Shown here: one piece after another, positions 20,224 to 31,031 of the stretch
How the letters are laid out: every line of letters starts with the position of its first letter
Numbering within the stretch: position 1 is the first letter of the stretch
Virus record (IMG/VR): IMGVR_UViG_3300032268_001383
Location: 1 to 64,000 of that record
DNA length: 64,000 bases
Source: a virus
Strand: one strand, 5' to 3'
Position numbers and translations under genes: made by a program
Notes under the pieces: model-generated
The model's database searches: none
What the model saw: the letters and a program-made list of their open reading frames with translations, nothing else
Told to the model about the DNA's origin: nothing

Positions 20224-23200
20224 TGAAGAGTCACGCAATATTAAGAACTAATGTCGGGTTAACAACTAACGCAAAGGTAATGGTGAGTAGTAATTACTCA
20301 CTGTTCATAGATTCGATAATATCAACTTCAGCTCTATCATCTACGAAATATAAAAGAAGAGAATTTAATAAGTCAAATTATTTAGATGAAATTATACCAA
20401 TCTTTTTCAAAGATACACCAGCGGATGTTGCATTTTTTATAAAAGATGACTTTGACAATAAAAATATGTCAAAAGATTTTGCCAAGCAATATGATGATAT
20501 TTACCAATATAGTGCAAGAAATATAACTGAAAATAAAGATTATAGAGAGGAATTCGAATATTTTGCCCCATTACATATTTCAAAAGGTAATTTACCTTCA
20601 AATTTTGTTATATTTAGAATTGATGGTCCCGGATTAAACATTATGAATAAAGATAATTTCAATGATGAAATTGTCAACAAACTTAAATGTGTAAAAATTT
20701 TTGATATGACAAGGTCAACACCTTTGGGTGAATGGTTAGATTTAAACATAACTTCAAATAGGAATTTCCCATCTACTGGTCTTTATATCGATTTTAGAAA
20801 ATTAGAATTCTCAACTTGGAATGGAATCGATTATGAAACTGGTGGTTATAGTGAAAAATCATTCATGTTAGATGATGTTCTTAGTAAAGAACAAACATAT
20901 CTAGATTTTGAAAAATTCATATTAGAAGGTTATAAGAATAATAAAGTAGTTTATCCAAGTATTATAAATTTTAGTTTTCTATTTGATGATACACCGGCTA
21001 CTCAGACTTCACTAAGAACTTGGTCATTGAATCGATATCTTGGATTTTATTTAGATAGTCTAGAATTCGTAAAATATGTTAGTCCATATATTCTATTGTC
21101 ACTAAAATCAGATGTTGTTATAGACTCTAATAATATAATTTATAGTCTATCAGAGGGCAACCCATTTTTAGAATCATTCAGAAACGAGGAAAATTTTTAT
21201 ATAGAAATAGGTGGTGTATTCTATAAAATTGAAAGATTTTTAGAACAATTACCTTCAGTGGTTGATAAGGTGCAGATAAGTAATGTATTTTTTGAGGATT
21301 TACCCAATCAATCATTTATCACAAGGTATAAAATAATAAGTGATGTCAATTTAGAGGGAAGACAATCAGAAATAAATAAAAATCTTGTTTATCTAGATTC
21401 TTCAACAGGTAATAAATTGTTATACAGCGATAAATCGACATTCGAAATCGAAGGTTTTGATGATGCTGACGTTTGGTTGATAGAAATAAATAATAAATTT
21501 CATAACATAGTTAAAAGGGATGGTGATTTTTATATAAACACCGACTCTGGATTTTATCAGACTTTAGATAAATTTGAGTATTATATTAACGACCCTGATC
21601 CAAAATTTAGAGTAAGTATTTCATTAAAGGTTGGTGAAAATATTGCCCCTAAACAATTTGGAATTTACAGATGTAAGTTTACTGATATCAAGGATTTTGA
21701 TACTGATATTGTAGATACCGAATATTCTAAATTTGAATATATGTATGTAGGAAAACCTACCATTACAGACGAAACTAAGATGTATGCTGTTAATGTTGAT
21801 TCTAGATCGTTACCAAAAGATTTAGATGATTTCAAGATTAATGGAACCGTAGTAAATATACCTGCTTCATCTGAGTATATAGCAAATTCTGAAATATTTA
21901 GAATAGAGGATAATGACTTATCTATACTATGGAAGAAAAATTCACAAAGAATCAAATGGGGATTTAAAAATTCAATCTCCTCAAATGATTATGCATACTT
22001 ATTAAATAACTCTTTTTCATCAGAAGATTATAATAGAACTGTGAACCCCTATAACCCTGCACCCGGGAGACTTGATAGAAATTTAGACTATTTTTATACA
22101 GTTAATGCTGATTCTTCTGAATATTCTCATCAAAGCCTACATATTGTTGATGATGGTTTCGTGAATTTTGGGGGCGCGGATAACATCAATAATTTATTAA
22201 GACTAACAGGAATCTTAGATATAAGTTATTTTAGTTTATATGATAAGATTGAAATCACTTTGGATAATAATACTATTCCTGCATACAACACAACTACGAT
22301 AATTGAAAGTATTGATTTTCTGGTAAACTCTGGTTGGAGAATAACAACATCTCTGAATTTCATGGGTGGTACCGTTTCCGGTAAGATAAAAAACCAAACA
22401 AGAACCCCATTCTCATTAAATAAATATTTGAATATTGGACACGAATCTGATTATTTTACTGAATTTTTTAGTAAAAAAACTAATTTTGATTCTGGAAATT
22501 TGGTGAAAAATACGAAAAAGTGGTCATTATTCAACACAGGTGATGGAAGTATTCCAAATATAACCTTATTCAGAGGGTTGAAATTCAAAGTACAAAATGT
22601 TAGTGGATTGAAAGTAAAAGAAGATTTTATTGAGGCTATAAACACAAGTTCTAATAATGAATTTGAAAATTACAAATTTTCTATACTTTTAAGTAAGAAT
22701 AATTACACCGTATCATCCGATGTACAATCCATAAATATCGCAACAGTAAGTTATTCAAATAATACTATGAAATGGATAATTATTGATGAATGGAAACATG
22801 ATAAGATATACTCCGGAGGTGATATTGTAAAATGGAATGAGTCAATTTACATATCATTGACTCAATCTCAAATAGTAGATCCGAATATTTTCCCAGCTAA
22901 TTCAAATCAATGGGGTATTTATACTAATAAAAACATATTTTGGAATCCAGTTGTAGATGGTTCTTCTCCAACTATTTCGAAAAATAATATGTTGGGGTTA
23001 GGTCAATTTTTGTTTGATTCATCTACAATTTTACCACCACTTGTATTTAATCATGGGGAATACTATTATTCTTCTGGTGGTTCTGGAATAAATTTCTGGA
23101 ATCCTAACCTAACTTATAGTATTGGGAACAGTGTTTTATATCAAGATAAGATTTGGACATCAACCACAAGTAGCAATACATTCAGACCCAAATCAAATTC

Positions 23201-24524
23201 AACATATATAGAAAGTGATGGTACCTATCAAGACTATTGGATTTTAGATAGCAACTCAAATTCAATATGGACTTCTGTTGAATTATGGAGTCCACTTATA
23301 GATTATAATCAGACAAATTCAAATTGGAACAATTCTTTTACACCAGGTCATTATGTTATCTTCGAAGATGTGGTTTATGCCACAATTACAAGTCCAACTA
23401 TAGGGGTTAATCCGAAACTTGATATAAGTTGGAAAAGAGTTTATAGTTTTGTGCAAGATACTAATTTTTTCTACTTCAACAATTTCAACAATGGTAACAA
23501 TCCAATTATAAAAATGAATAATCGATATTACCTATGTATTGATAATGGTGAAAGAAATATTCCAAACACATATTCAACACTAGAAAATGGTATCAACATT
23601 TATATAAACAAAAAGTGGAAAAATATTCTAATAAATATTTATGTCAATGACAACACTTACACAATTTCTGAAGATTTAGGTTTATCTACAATAATTTTCA
23701 AGAGAGACAATCTTTCTAACACAAAAAGAGACGATATTTATCTGGATTTATATTCTAAATTAACGGCTAATAATTTTATGAATGCCTTAAATGATTTAGA
23801 TAATCCATATGAATTTTCAGATAAAGTAAGATATATAGTTATTGAGGAAGATTTATCACTTAAGATTTGGAACTTTAATGATTTGAATTCGGTCTCGAGC
23901 TTACCCTATATTATTAGCTGTGAGGGTCCAGATGAATTCTTAGTTAAGTTAGACTCTTTTAAAGTTGAACCATCAACAATCTCTCTTAGTGAAATAAAAC
24001 CAAGAAGAAGATTATTAAACGGTGATATTAATTCGATGGAACAAATAAATTATTATTCGGATTTAAGTTTATCTACAATTATTAAAGATAATAAATCTGA
24101 TAGTGTCAAAGTTATAAATTATTCATCTCTGAAAAATAATTTATATAACAATTTATTCAGACACAGTGGGTATTATTCCCCAATATTTCACGATATAGAA
24201 ATTTTTGAGTCTTCTAATAACTATAAATTTGATACAACTCTAACTAATTTTGGTAAAATTAAAGAAAGAGTCATTTCGAAAATAAATAGACAGAACAACA
24301 TTTTGAAACTTAGAAATAATTCAAATTTAGTTTCTATCTATCCGATGTTAGATGAATTTGGTTACCACACAATTTCATTTTATATTTTTAAATCCACTTG
24401 GGATTTAGAATATCATATTGAATGTCAGGAAATACCACAAACAGAAGTCGTCACTGGAAATCAATCTATACAGTTTATTCCACAGAATAATAGTACAATC
24501 AATTCAAACTTAAATTTATTATAA
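20223..24524 (+). CDS. large virion structural protein with carbohydrate-binding-like repeats
   Basis: 1433 aa; 'W...IY..GDIVKW', 'WNPNLTYSIGNSVLY' CBM5/12-like repeats. Confidence 0.6.
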   Translation: MKSHAILRTNVGLTTNAKVMVSSNYSLFIDSIISTSALSSTKYKRREFNKSNYLDEIIPIFFKDTPADVAFFIKDDFDNKNMSKDFAKQYDDIYQYSARNITENKDYREEFEYFAPLHISKGNLPSNFVIFRIDGPGLNIMNKDNFNDEIVNKLKCVKIFDMTRSTPLGEWLDLNITSNRNFPSTGLYIDFRKLEFSTWNGIDYETGGYSEKSFMLDDVLSKEQTYLDFEKFILEGYKNNKVVYPSIINFSFLFDDTPATQTSLRTWSLNRYLGFYLDSLEFVKYVSPYILLSLKSDVVIDSNNIIYSLSEGNPFLESFRNEENFYIEIGGVFYKIERFLEQLPSVVDKVQISNVFFEDLPNQSFITRYKIISDVNLEGRQSEINKNLVYLDSSTGNKLLYSDKSTFEIEGFDDADVWLIEINNKFHNIVKRDGDFYINTDSGFYQTLDKFEYYINDPDPKFRVSISLKVGENIAPKQFGIYRCKFTDIKDFDTDIVDTEYSKFEYMYVGKPTITDETKMYAVNVDSRSLPKDLDDFKINGTVVNIPASSEYIANSEIFRIEDNDLSILWKKNSQRIKWGFKNSISSNDYAYLLNNSFSSEDYNRTVNPYNPAPGRLDRNLDYFYTVNADSSEYSHQSLHIVDDGFVNFGGADNINNLLRLTGILDISYFSLYDKIEITLDNNTIPAYNTTTIIESIDFLVNSGWRITTSLNFMGGTVSGKIKNQTRTPFSLNKYLNIGHESDYFTEFFSKKTNFDSGNLVKNTKKWSLFNTGDGSIPNITLFRGLKFKVQNVSGLKVKEDFIEAINTSSNNEFENYKFSILLSKNNYTVSSDVQSINIATVSYSNNTMKWIIIDEWKHDKIYSGGDIVKWNESIYISLTQSQIVDPNIFPANSNQWGIYTNKNIFWNPVVDGSSPTISKNNMLGLGQFLFDSSTILPPLVFNHGEYYYSSGGSGINFWNPNLTYSIGNSVLYQDKIWTSTTSSNTFRPKSNSTYIESDGTYQDYWILDSNSNSIWTSVELWSPLIDYNQTNSNWNNSFTPGHYVIFEDVVYATITSPTIGVNPKLDISWKRVYSFVQDTNFFYFNNFNNGNNPIIKMNNRYYLCIDNGERNIPNTYSTLENGINIYINKKWKNILINIYVNDNTYTISEDLGLSTIIFKRDNLSNTKRDDIYLDLYSKLTANNFMNALNDLDNPYEFSDKVRYIVIEEDLSLKIWNFNDLNSVSSLPYIISCEGPDEFLVKLDSFKVEPSTISLSEIKPRRRLLNGDINSMEQINYYSDLSLSTIIKDNKSDSVKVINYSSLKNNLYNNLFRHSGYYSPIFHDIEIFESSNNYKFDTTLTNFGKIKERVISKINRQNNILKLRNNSNLVSIYPMLDEFGYHTISFYIFKSTWDLEYHIECQEIPQTEVVTGNQSIQFIPQNNSTINSNLNLL

Positions 24525-25204
24525 TGAGAAGAAGTTATATTAGTCCAGAATTCAATTATATACCAGTCAATGGGAGTTTCAATATGTTAGAACAAAGTTC
24601 ATTTTTTGGTTCTAAAATGTTAGAGATATCAGATTCTATAGATATAAAAAACGAAAGTATTATTTATTACCAACAAAATACAAATGAGCAACTAGATTTA
24701 TTGGTAGAGTCCAATTTGACTCAAATAGTTTATGATACAGTACAAGATAAAAATAGGAATCATACTATTACAATTGATAACTCACAAAAAAATAACAATC
24801 CAAGATGGATAATAGACATTAAAATCAGAGAGATTTTAAGAAACTATATTTTTGCAAATTTGAAAAAATTTAGAACTTTTGAAGGTGTGAGAAACAATAT
24901 GGTGGTTGATAAGAATGTTGATGAATCAATCAAAAAATATATAGATCTGAACGTTTTGGGTAGATATAAGTTCAAGAGTGTAGAATTGTATTATAAACCA
25001 ATAGACTTATTAACATCTGGTAGTTTAAAATTAGAAAATAAATTTGATGTGAATATAGAGATTTTTCCAAATTCATTATTTACTAAAATACAAACTGAAA
25101 CTGACCCAGAATATAGAGATGTAAAGGTCTCATTTTATCAAGACAAGGATTTTTCCAAATTCTCTTTCAACTACTATTTCAATCTATATTTCGAGAAATT
25201 ATGA
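24524..25204 (+). CDS. hypothetical (probably structural) protein
   Basis: Overlaps the upstream stop (TAATG). Confidence 0.65.
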   Translation: MRRSYISPEFNYIPVNGSFNMLEQSSFFGSKMLEISDSIDIKNESIIYYQQNTNEQLDLLVESNLTQIVYDTVQDKNRNHTITIDNSQKNNNPRWIIDIKIREILRNYIFANLKKFRTFEGVRNNMVVDKNVDESIKKYIDLNVLGRYKFKSVELYYKPIDLLTSGSLKLENKFDVNIEIFPNSLFTKIQTETDPEYRDVKVSFYQDKDFSKFSFNYYFNLYFEKL

Positions 25205-25596
25205 GTAATAACGATAAAATTTATAAGAACCTGATTACTATTTTGAAATTATTTCAAAATAGACCTTATCATTTAGCGAAGTATTTAATTGAAAATGAAT
25301 CACTTAGCCAAGAATTTATGGAAAAAGTCAAAAATAGCGAAAAATTAAATAAAATAAATGAAGGTGAAACCGATAGTTTTATTAAGGCAATTCATTTTAT
25401 TGATATTTCACACATGAAAGATTTTTTTGATTCATTGACCGATGACGGGGATAGTATAGATGATCAAAGAGATATAGTTTCTGATTTGAATAAAAAATTA
25501 GATAGATTCATAAAAGAAGAAAAATATGAAGATGCTATCAGAATCAGAGACTATATGGTAAAGAATAATATAGATAGAAAGGGTGATAATTTTTAA
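25201..25596 (+). CDS. UVR (UvrB/UvrC motif) domain protein
   Basis: C-terminal 'LNKKLDRFIKEEKYEDAIRIRD'. Confidence 0.7.
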   Translation: MSNNDKIYKNLITILKLFQNRPYHLAKYLIENESLSQEFMEKVKNSEKLNKINEGETDSFIKAIHFIDISHMKDFFDSLTDDGDSIDDQRDIVSDLNKKLDRFIKEEKYEDAIRIRDYMVKNNIDRKGDNF

Positions 25597-25650
25597 ACTA
25601 ATTATAAATTTAAGAATACAATTATTGTAACTCTTAAAAATTATAAAATA

Positions 25651-26739
25651 ATGGGTAAAAAAAATCATTACGGCGATCTCCGTTTTCAGGATCAAGACTT
25701 TTTCGAAGATATTCTAATCAATGAGAATCCGGACTTTCTTTCAAGAGGGGAATTAGAAGAACTTTACAAAAACTATGATGTCAAAATTCCACAGATAGGG
25801 AAAGTGGCAAGTGTAGTATATGTTGGGACTGCTTGTTCAGATTTTGTATTTGATGGTGGATTTAAAGATTATGTAAGAATAGAAGAAAAACCAAATGAAT
25901 CCAAGTATTTAGTTAATACTAATATAGGTGACACTCTTGACATTTTAGTAACAGCAATTGATGAAACAAACTTCCAAATTAGTGGTAGCATCGCAGCTCT
26001 CTATGAAAGTAAGGCAAGACATTCTCTTACCAATCTTGACTATGGGACTCCAGTAATGGTTGGTGTCAAAGAACTTACACCAGCTGGATATTCAGTGGAT
26101 ATCTACTATGAAAGTGTAACTATACCAGGTTTTATGCCGAACACTTTAGCGGGTATTAACAAACTTTCATCACCTGAATCAATCATCGGTCAAACTTTTG
26201 AAGTAATGATTGAATCATTCTCGAATGATGAAGGAACTTATATCGTGAGTAGAAGAAGATACCTACAAAGTTTGATTCCTCAAGCAATCAAACAACTAAT
26301 GAACAATGTTGTTTATGAAGGAACTGTTACGGGTACAACTACGTTCGGTATCTTCGTTGAATTCAAAGATTGTTTAACTGGTATGATTCACAAAACGAAT
26401 CTGAATCCAGAACTTCAAGAAAGAATTGGTGAAGTACTTCCTGGTATGATAATTCAGTTTTACATCAAAGAAATTATTAAGGACAAAATCATTTTGACAC
26501 AAGTTCTTAAAGAAAGTCTTTGGGATTCTATTAAAGTAAATCAAACTATTACTGGTAAAGTTAGAGATGTTAAATCTTTCGGTGTACTTGTAAGTTTGGA
26601 TGAAGAAACTAATGGATTGATTCACACTTCTGAGCTTGAAAAGGCGAGTAAGAAATTCCAGAGTGGTGATGAAGTTAAAGTTAGAATCATCGCTGTTGAT
26701 AGGATGAATCGAAAAATCTTTTTATCAGTCGCCAATTAA
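25651..26739 (+). CDS. rpsA: ribosomal protein S1-like protein (about four S1 domains)
   Basis: 'GTVTGTTTFGIFVEF..LTGMIHKTNL', 'GKVRDVKSFGVLVSL..NGLIHTSEL..GDEVKVRIIAVD..RKIFLS', 'YIVSRRRYL'. Confidence 0.85.
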   Translation: MGKKNHYGDLRFQDQDFFEDILINENPDFLSRGELEELYKNYDVKIPQIGKVASVVYVGTACSDFVFDGGFKDYVRIEEKPNESKYLVNTNIGDTLDILVTAIDETNFQISGSIAALYESKARHSLTNLDYGTPVMVGVKELTPAGYSVDIYYESVTIPGFMPNTLAGINKLSSPESIIGQTFEVMIESFSNDEGTYIVSRRRYLQSLIPQAIKQLMNNVVYEGTVTGTTTFGIFVEFKDCLTGMIHKTNLNPELQERIGEVLPGMIIQFYIKEIIKDKIILTQVLKESLWDSIKVNQTITGKVRDVKSFGVLVSLDEETNGLIHTSELEKASKKFQSGDEVKVRIIAVDRMNRKIFLSVAN

Positions 26740-26744
26740 AAACT

Positions 26745-26828
26745 AAAATCCAGATGAAAATCTGGATTTTTTTTTCTGTATCTATGTAATATAAACAAAA
26801 AAACCTCGAAAATTCGAGGTTTTTTTTT
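26745..26828. terminator. two back-to-back intrinsic terminators between convergent genes
   Basis: aaaatccagat-gaaa-atctggatttt and aaaaaacctcgaa-aa-ttcgaggtttttt. Confidence 0.85.
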
Positions 26829-27571
26829 TACATTGTTTCAAAAATATTTTTAAAATTTTTATCAAGTATTTCTGAAAAATCTTCTGGCGTTAATCCATAA
26901 GTGCTACCGATTTTCTTTATAGCCCAATCAACCACTGACAAATTATTTCTTGTTTTATCTAGGGCAGATTTGAATAAGACTTCTGTTAGTATTTTAGTTT
27001 TTTCCACTTCTGAATAAAGTTCAATTTTTCTTTTTTTCTTGTCAACTTTTGCTAAATCTGGGTTCTCATCAAATACTAATTTTAGATTTATATCTCTAGT
27101 TTCATCCGCAGTACATTTTCTAAAAGAATAAGTTTTATAAAATCTCGTTGCACCTTCTACTTTAATTTCTAATTCTTCATGAGAATTTCCAAAATTTGAT
27201 TTATAAACTTTGATATTTATTTTGTCAACTTTATATTTTTTTCCCTCAACTAAACTACTATGTGAGTTTCTTTGATAAACTACATAATCTCCCTCCTTAA
27301 TATTATCTTTTGTTATTCTATATTCCCAGAAATTGATATGAGTCATTTTATGATTTTGACATTCCCAATCAATTTTGGGAAGTTCATCTCCATTCTCCAT
27401 TTTAAAATTAAGAACACTGAAACTTTGGGAAACACCATCATTCAATTTTACCGTGATTCTAAATCGATGCCATCTATTTTTTTGTGATGTTGGATTATTT
27501 ATTAGATTTATTACTTCGTAGGTTGCACCTTTGACAAGTCTTTTGGTATTAACTTTACTGACTACTTTCAT
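26828..27571 (-). CDS. hypothetical protein
   Basis: 247 aa; internal duplication 'LVKGATYEV'/'LVEGKKYKV'. Confidence 0.65.
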   Translation of the reverse strand: MKVVSKVNTKRLVKGATYEVINLINNPTSQKNRWHRFRITVKLNDGVSQSFSVLNFKMENGDELPKIDWECQNHKMTHINFWEYRITKDNIKEGDYVVYQRNSHSSLVEGKKYKVDKINIKVYKSNFGNSHEELEIKVEGATRFYKTYSFRKCTADETRDINLKLVFDENPDLAKVDKKKRKIELYSEVEKTKILTEVLFKSALDKTRNNLSVVDWAIKKIGSTYGLTPEDFSEILDKNFKNIFETM

Positions 27572-27665
27572 TTTTATTTTATTAAATTGTTGGTTATTTC
27601 TATATTTTATCTAAGATTTGTTTAGAACAAAAGAAAAAAATACTATATAAAAATAAAAATTATTT

Positions 27666-27914
27666 ATGGAAAATATCGAGAATCTCCAACAAGATGATAC
27701 TTTAGAAAAAATTAAAGAAATTGAAGAAATAGTTCAAGCGGAAAAAATTGAACCAACAACAGCTCTCAACATTTTAATTAACGCAGTACAAGTAACTTTT
27801 GAATCAGAAAAATTTAATGATTTAGATAAATTTCTAATTGCAAAAGCACTGACTTGTTTTAAGGATTATGTTGATTCTGGTGAAAACTTCATCATCAAAG
27901 TTAAAGAAGACTAA
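27666..27914 (+). CDS. small acidic hypothetical protein
   Basis: 82-aa ORF with promoter-like motif upstream. Confidence 0.65.
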   Translation: MENIENLQQDDTLEKIKEIEEIVQAEKIEPTTALNILINAVQVTFESEKFNDLDKFLIAKALTCFKDYVDSGENFIIKVKED

Positions 27915-27918
27915 ATCT

Positions 27919-28530
27919 CTAAAACGTCTTATGATAATCCAAATCTATACAATGTCTTATGATATTACTATGGATTTGGATTATTTCATTTTCAATCTTT
28001 TTCTTTGAATTCTCTTCTCCATAATTGTGTAAAACAAAATTTGACTTGGAATTTTTTATAAATTCACAATACTCATTATCAAGTATAAAATCAATCATAT
28101 CATTTGGCATCTGCGTTTGATTAATCAATAATTTTCTTCTTAGCATTTGTGGCTTGAATATGTTGATAGAATAGTTCATTTTAGAGTTCCAACCTCTTTC
28201 GAATAGGATAGAAGATAGGAATATTGTGTATGCAAATTTGTGATTTTTTTGTCTAAAATTTTCGTATTTAGAAAATATTTCTGGCTGAATTATATCTATC
28301 AACTTATTAAACTTCTTTGTATCTTCGAACTTATTAAAGTTAATAAGTCCATAAGTATAAGTATTCGGTCCAAAATTCTGTTTGATTTTTAGGATCATTT
28401 TTTTATTGAAATTCAATAAATATTTCATCATCAAATCAGCATCAAAAACCGGAGTATTGTTTTTGGTGAATATATCTGCTATCTCTCGGTGACCAGATTT
28501 AAAATTCCCTGTTAAAGCTACTTTTATCAT
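27919..28530 (-). CDS. coaE: dephospho-CoA kinase-like protein (degenerate P-loop)
   Basis: 'KVALTG..SG', 'PVFDAD', 'IKQNFG', 'ILFE' CoaE pattern; GKS replaced by GHR. Confidence 0.7.
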   Translation of the reverse strand: MIKVALTGNFKSGHREIADIFTKNNTPVFDADLMMKYLLNFNKKMILKIKQNFGPNTYTYGLINFNKFEDTKKFNKLIDIIQPEIFSKYENFRQKNHKFAYTIFLSSILFERGWNSKMNYSINIFKPQMLRRKLLINQTQMPNDMIDFILDNEYCEFIKNSKSNFVLHNYGEENSKKKIENEIIQIHSNIIRHCIDLDYHKTF

Positions 28531-28540
28531 AATTTAATTT

Positions 28541-29524
28541 TTAATATTCTTCTTCTTCGTAGTTATCATCATAATTTTCTTGGTTTTCCATATCTTCATT
28601 TGACATCAAATTACCATTGGCTTGAGTCAATTTGTAATCCCAATCTAAATTTAGGTTATCGTTTGTAATATAGGATGTGTATTCACAAAAATAGGGAAAG
28701 GTATCCAAATACGGATAATGTCTAAAGTTTGTTCTCTCTAATTTTACTGATATTGAAAGTTTCAATATCTCAGATTTATCAAAGAAATAAAGATGTGATT
28801 TGGAATTTTGTTCTAATTTGTGAATATATCCATTTTCATAAGCCCAATTTCTAAAAAGTATCACATCTGAATCTAAAATATTATAGATTCTATCCATTAT
28901 TTTTATGTCCTTCGGTGCCTTATTGTAAAAATCATTCACAATAACATCATCCCAAAGTAGAGCTCTGCCTCTAAGTTTTTCCACTCCATTTTCAGTAGAT
29001 GTTAAAATCAACATCTTTATATTAGAATTTGTACAATACAAATCTAAAAATTTAAGTCTTTCTTTGTGTCTCATACAAGAATTCCAAAGTGTACCTTTAC
29101 TTATTGTTGAGTAATTATCTAAATCATACCATTGACGAATTTCTTCACCAGTGACTATTCTGAAAGTTAACCTATTTTTCTCAAAGAATGATTTATAAGA
29201 ATTCACAAAGTGTTCTATGTCCCCATTAGTAATCCCTAATTCAATAATTTTGTCTTTAGTGAATAATTTTGATATAACCCTACCTACTTTCATATTTTGA
29301 AGTTTGTAGTCTGAAACTTGAAAATCCTTTTCTAAATCGACTTTGGATTTTGGGATATAGGAAATCATATCTGTATCACCGGAATTCTGTAAATAAAAAA
29401 CTTCCTCATTGGATTCAAAACCAATAAGTAGTTTACTTATTTTGCCATCTGAATTCAAAAGAAAAGTTAATAACTGTTTTTCAACCAAAAGATTTGGATT
29501 GATTTGAATTATATTTTTTGACAT
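28541..29524 (-). CDS. conserved phage hypothetical protein
   Basis: 'GTLWNSCMR', 'GRALLW', 'MDRIY', 'YPYLDTF' motifs. Confidence 0.7.
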   Translation of the reverse strand: MSKNIIQINPNLLVEKQLLTFLLNSDGKISKLLIGFESNEEVFYLQNSGDTDMISYIPKSKVDLEKDFQVSDYKLQNMKVGRVISKLFTKDKIIELGITNGDIEHFVNSYKSFFEKNRLTFRIVTGEEIRQWYDLDNYSTISKGTLWNSCMRHKERLKFLDLYCTNSNIKMLILTSTENGVEKLRGRALLWDDVIVNDFYNKAPKDIKIMDRIYNILDSDVILFRNWAYENGYIHKLEQNSKSHLYFFDKSEILKLSISVKLERTNFRHYPYLDTFPYFCEYTSYITNDNLNLDWDYKLTQANGNLMSNEDMENQENYDDNYEEEEY

Positions 29525-29548
29525 AATTAAATTTTAATATATATGTTT

Positions 29549-29761
29549 ATGAAATTTTTATTAGAGTTTAATTCTTTTTTTAAAGAGGGTGATACAGTTT
29601 TAATTAAATACTGGTATAACGGAATGGTTACACCAGTAAAAATTCTAAAATCCAAAGGGGAGCACTTCAAAATCTCTCATAATATACCAGAATCAAAAAT
29701 ACAAAATGCTCCCGATGATTTGATAGAAAAAAAGAGAGTCATTGGACTATATCGAGTTTAA
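29549..29761 (+). CDS. small SH3-like protein with leader MKFLLEFNSFFKE
   Basis: 'GDTVLIKYW..PVKI' pattern; preceded by TAATATATA at 29535. Confidence 0.55.
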   Translation: MKFLLEFNSFFKEGDTVLIKYWYNGMVTPVKILKSKGEHFKISHNIPESKIQNAPDDLIEKKRVIGLYRV

Positions 29762-30909
29762 AGTAGTTCTTTCATCTCTAAATAGAAATCTAAATCTTCT
29801 GGGTCTGTTAAATCGACATACATATACTTCAATCTTTCAAATTCTTCTTTAGTCAATTTATCATCAAAGATGATTTGCTTCAATGATTCATAATAGTTTT
29901 TTTGTTTCGGAAAGTTTGATTCAACTTCATAATTGAAAAGAGATTTTTCTTCTACATCTTCATCCCACAATTCGTGATCTAAATCTTCCCAATATTTTTT
30001 ACCCCTTTTAGAAGTATCTATGTGATGAATATTCTTACTTGAACTGTCTTCATACCAATTATAATCATCATAATATTCATATTCATTTTTACCATAAGCT
30101 TTATGAGTATATCCATAGTCATCATAACCAGTGGTCAAGCTCCTTTGATTAGTCGATTTATATCTTGTAGAATATCCACTATTTTTATATTCTTTAACTT
30201 TTGGATTTCTTTTAGTTGGGAGACTTTCCCAATCAACTCTTATTACAGCTTGACAAAGTTTAGTCAAGAAATCAATATCTTGTTTTTCAGATTTTGTGTG
30301 CTCTGAGTAGTAACCAACCGAAATATTTGTACACTCTGGAATAACACCTACAAATTCAGCAGAGTCAGTATACACACCAGTGTCATCAAGTTTCATTTCT
30401 AAACCAGATTTGTTAAGTTGTTTTGCTAATTCTTTGGCAAAATCTTCTGAACAACATCTCTGTGAAGATTGATGTGTGATTACAGATGTGGTACCTCTAC
30501 GGTCGAATGAAATCATTCTATCGAAATTTTCGAATAAGTCATCTTGTGATGCTAACCCAGAACCAATACAACCAACTTCTTCTCCAACAAAGAAGCAATA
30601 AAGTCCTGGTACATTATGTTGAATCATCCATAGTAGGATTGTTACACCTGCTTTATCGTCAGCGCCTAAGATTGATTTGCCATCGGTTTTGATATAATTG
30701 GCGTCGAAGACGTGTGTTACATTGACTTGGTCTTGGCAGGCTGTATCTAAATGTGAAGTGAATGCGGTTTTTGTGTTACCAATTTCATAGAAATAGTTAC
30801 CGTGAGCATCTTTAGTAAAACCTTTTGGTAGGAAACTTTCGAGTTCAGTTTCAAAACCGTATGGATAGGTTTTAGATGTAAGTTTTAGGAATGTTTGTTT
30901 AATGTTCAT
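29758..30909 (-). CDS. M28/M20-family zinc peptidase
   Basis: 'SHLDT', 'LGADDKAG', 'GEEVGCIGS', 'FDRRG', 'YTDSAEF', 'EHT'. Confidence 0.85.
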   Translation of the reverse strand: MNIKQTFLKLTSKTYPYGFETELESFLPKGFTKDAHGNYFYEIGNTKTAFTSHLDTACQDQVNVTHVFDANYIKTDGKSILGADDKAGVTILLWMIQHNVPGLYCFFVGEEVGCIGSGLASQDDLFENFDRMISFDRRGTTSVITHQSSQRCCSEDFAKELAKQLNKSGLEMKLDDTGVYTDSAEFVGVIPECTNISVGYYSEHTKSEKQDIDFLTKLCQAVIRVDWESLPTKRNPKVKEYKNSGYSTRYKSTNQRSLTTGYDDYGYTHKAYGKNEYEYYDDYNWYEDSSSKNIHHIDTSKRGKKYWEDLDHELWDEDVEEKSLFNYEVESNFPKQKNYYESLKQIIFDDKLTKEEFERLKYMYVDLTDPEDLDFYLEMKELL

Positions 30910-30956
30910 GCTCTCAATGTTTTACTTAAATATCCTTGTGATATTATTTAATACAA

Positions 30957-30987
30957 CAAATTTAAGGATAAAATTCCAAATAAACAA
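30957..30987 (-). promoter_or_regulatory. Bacteroidota-type housekeeping (early) promoter
   Basis: Minus strand TTG-N20-TAAATTTG upstream of M28 peptidase. Confidence 0.6.
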
Positions 30988-31031
30988 GCTTTTTACTAAT
31001 TTTATTTTAATATATAAAAGAAAAATTGTTA

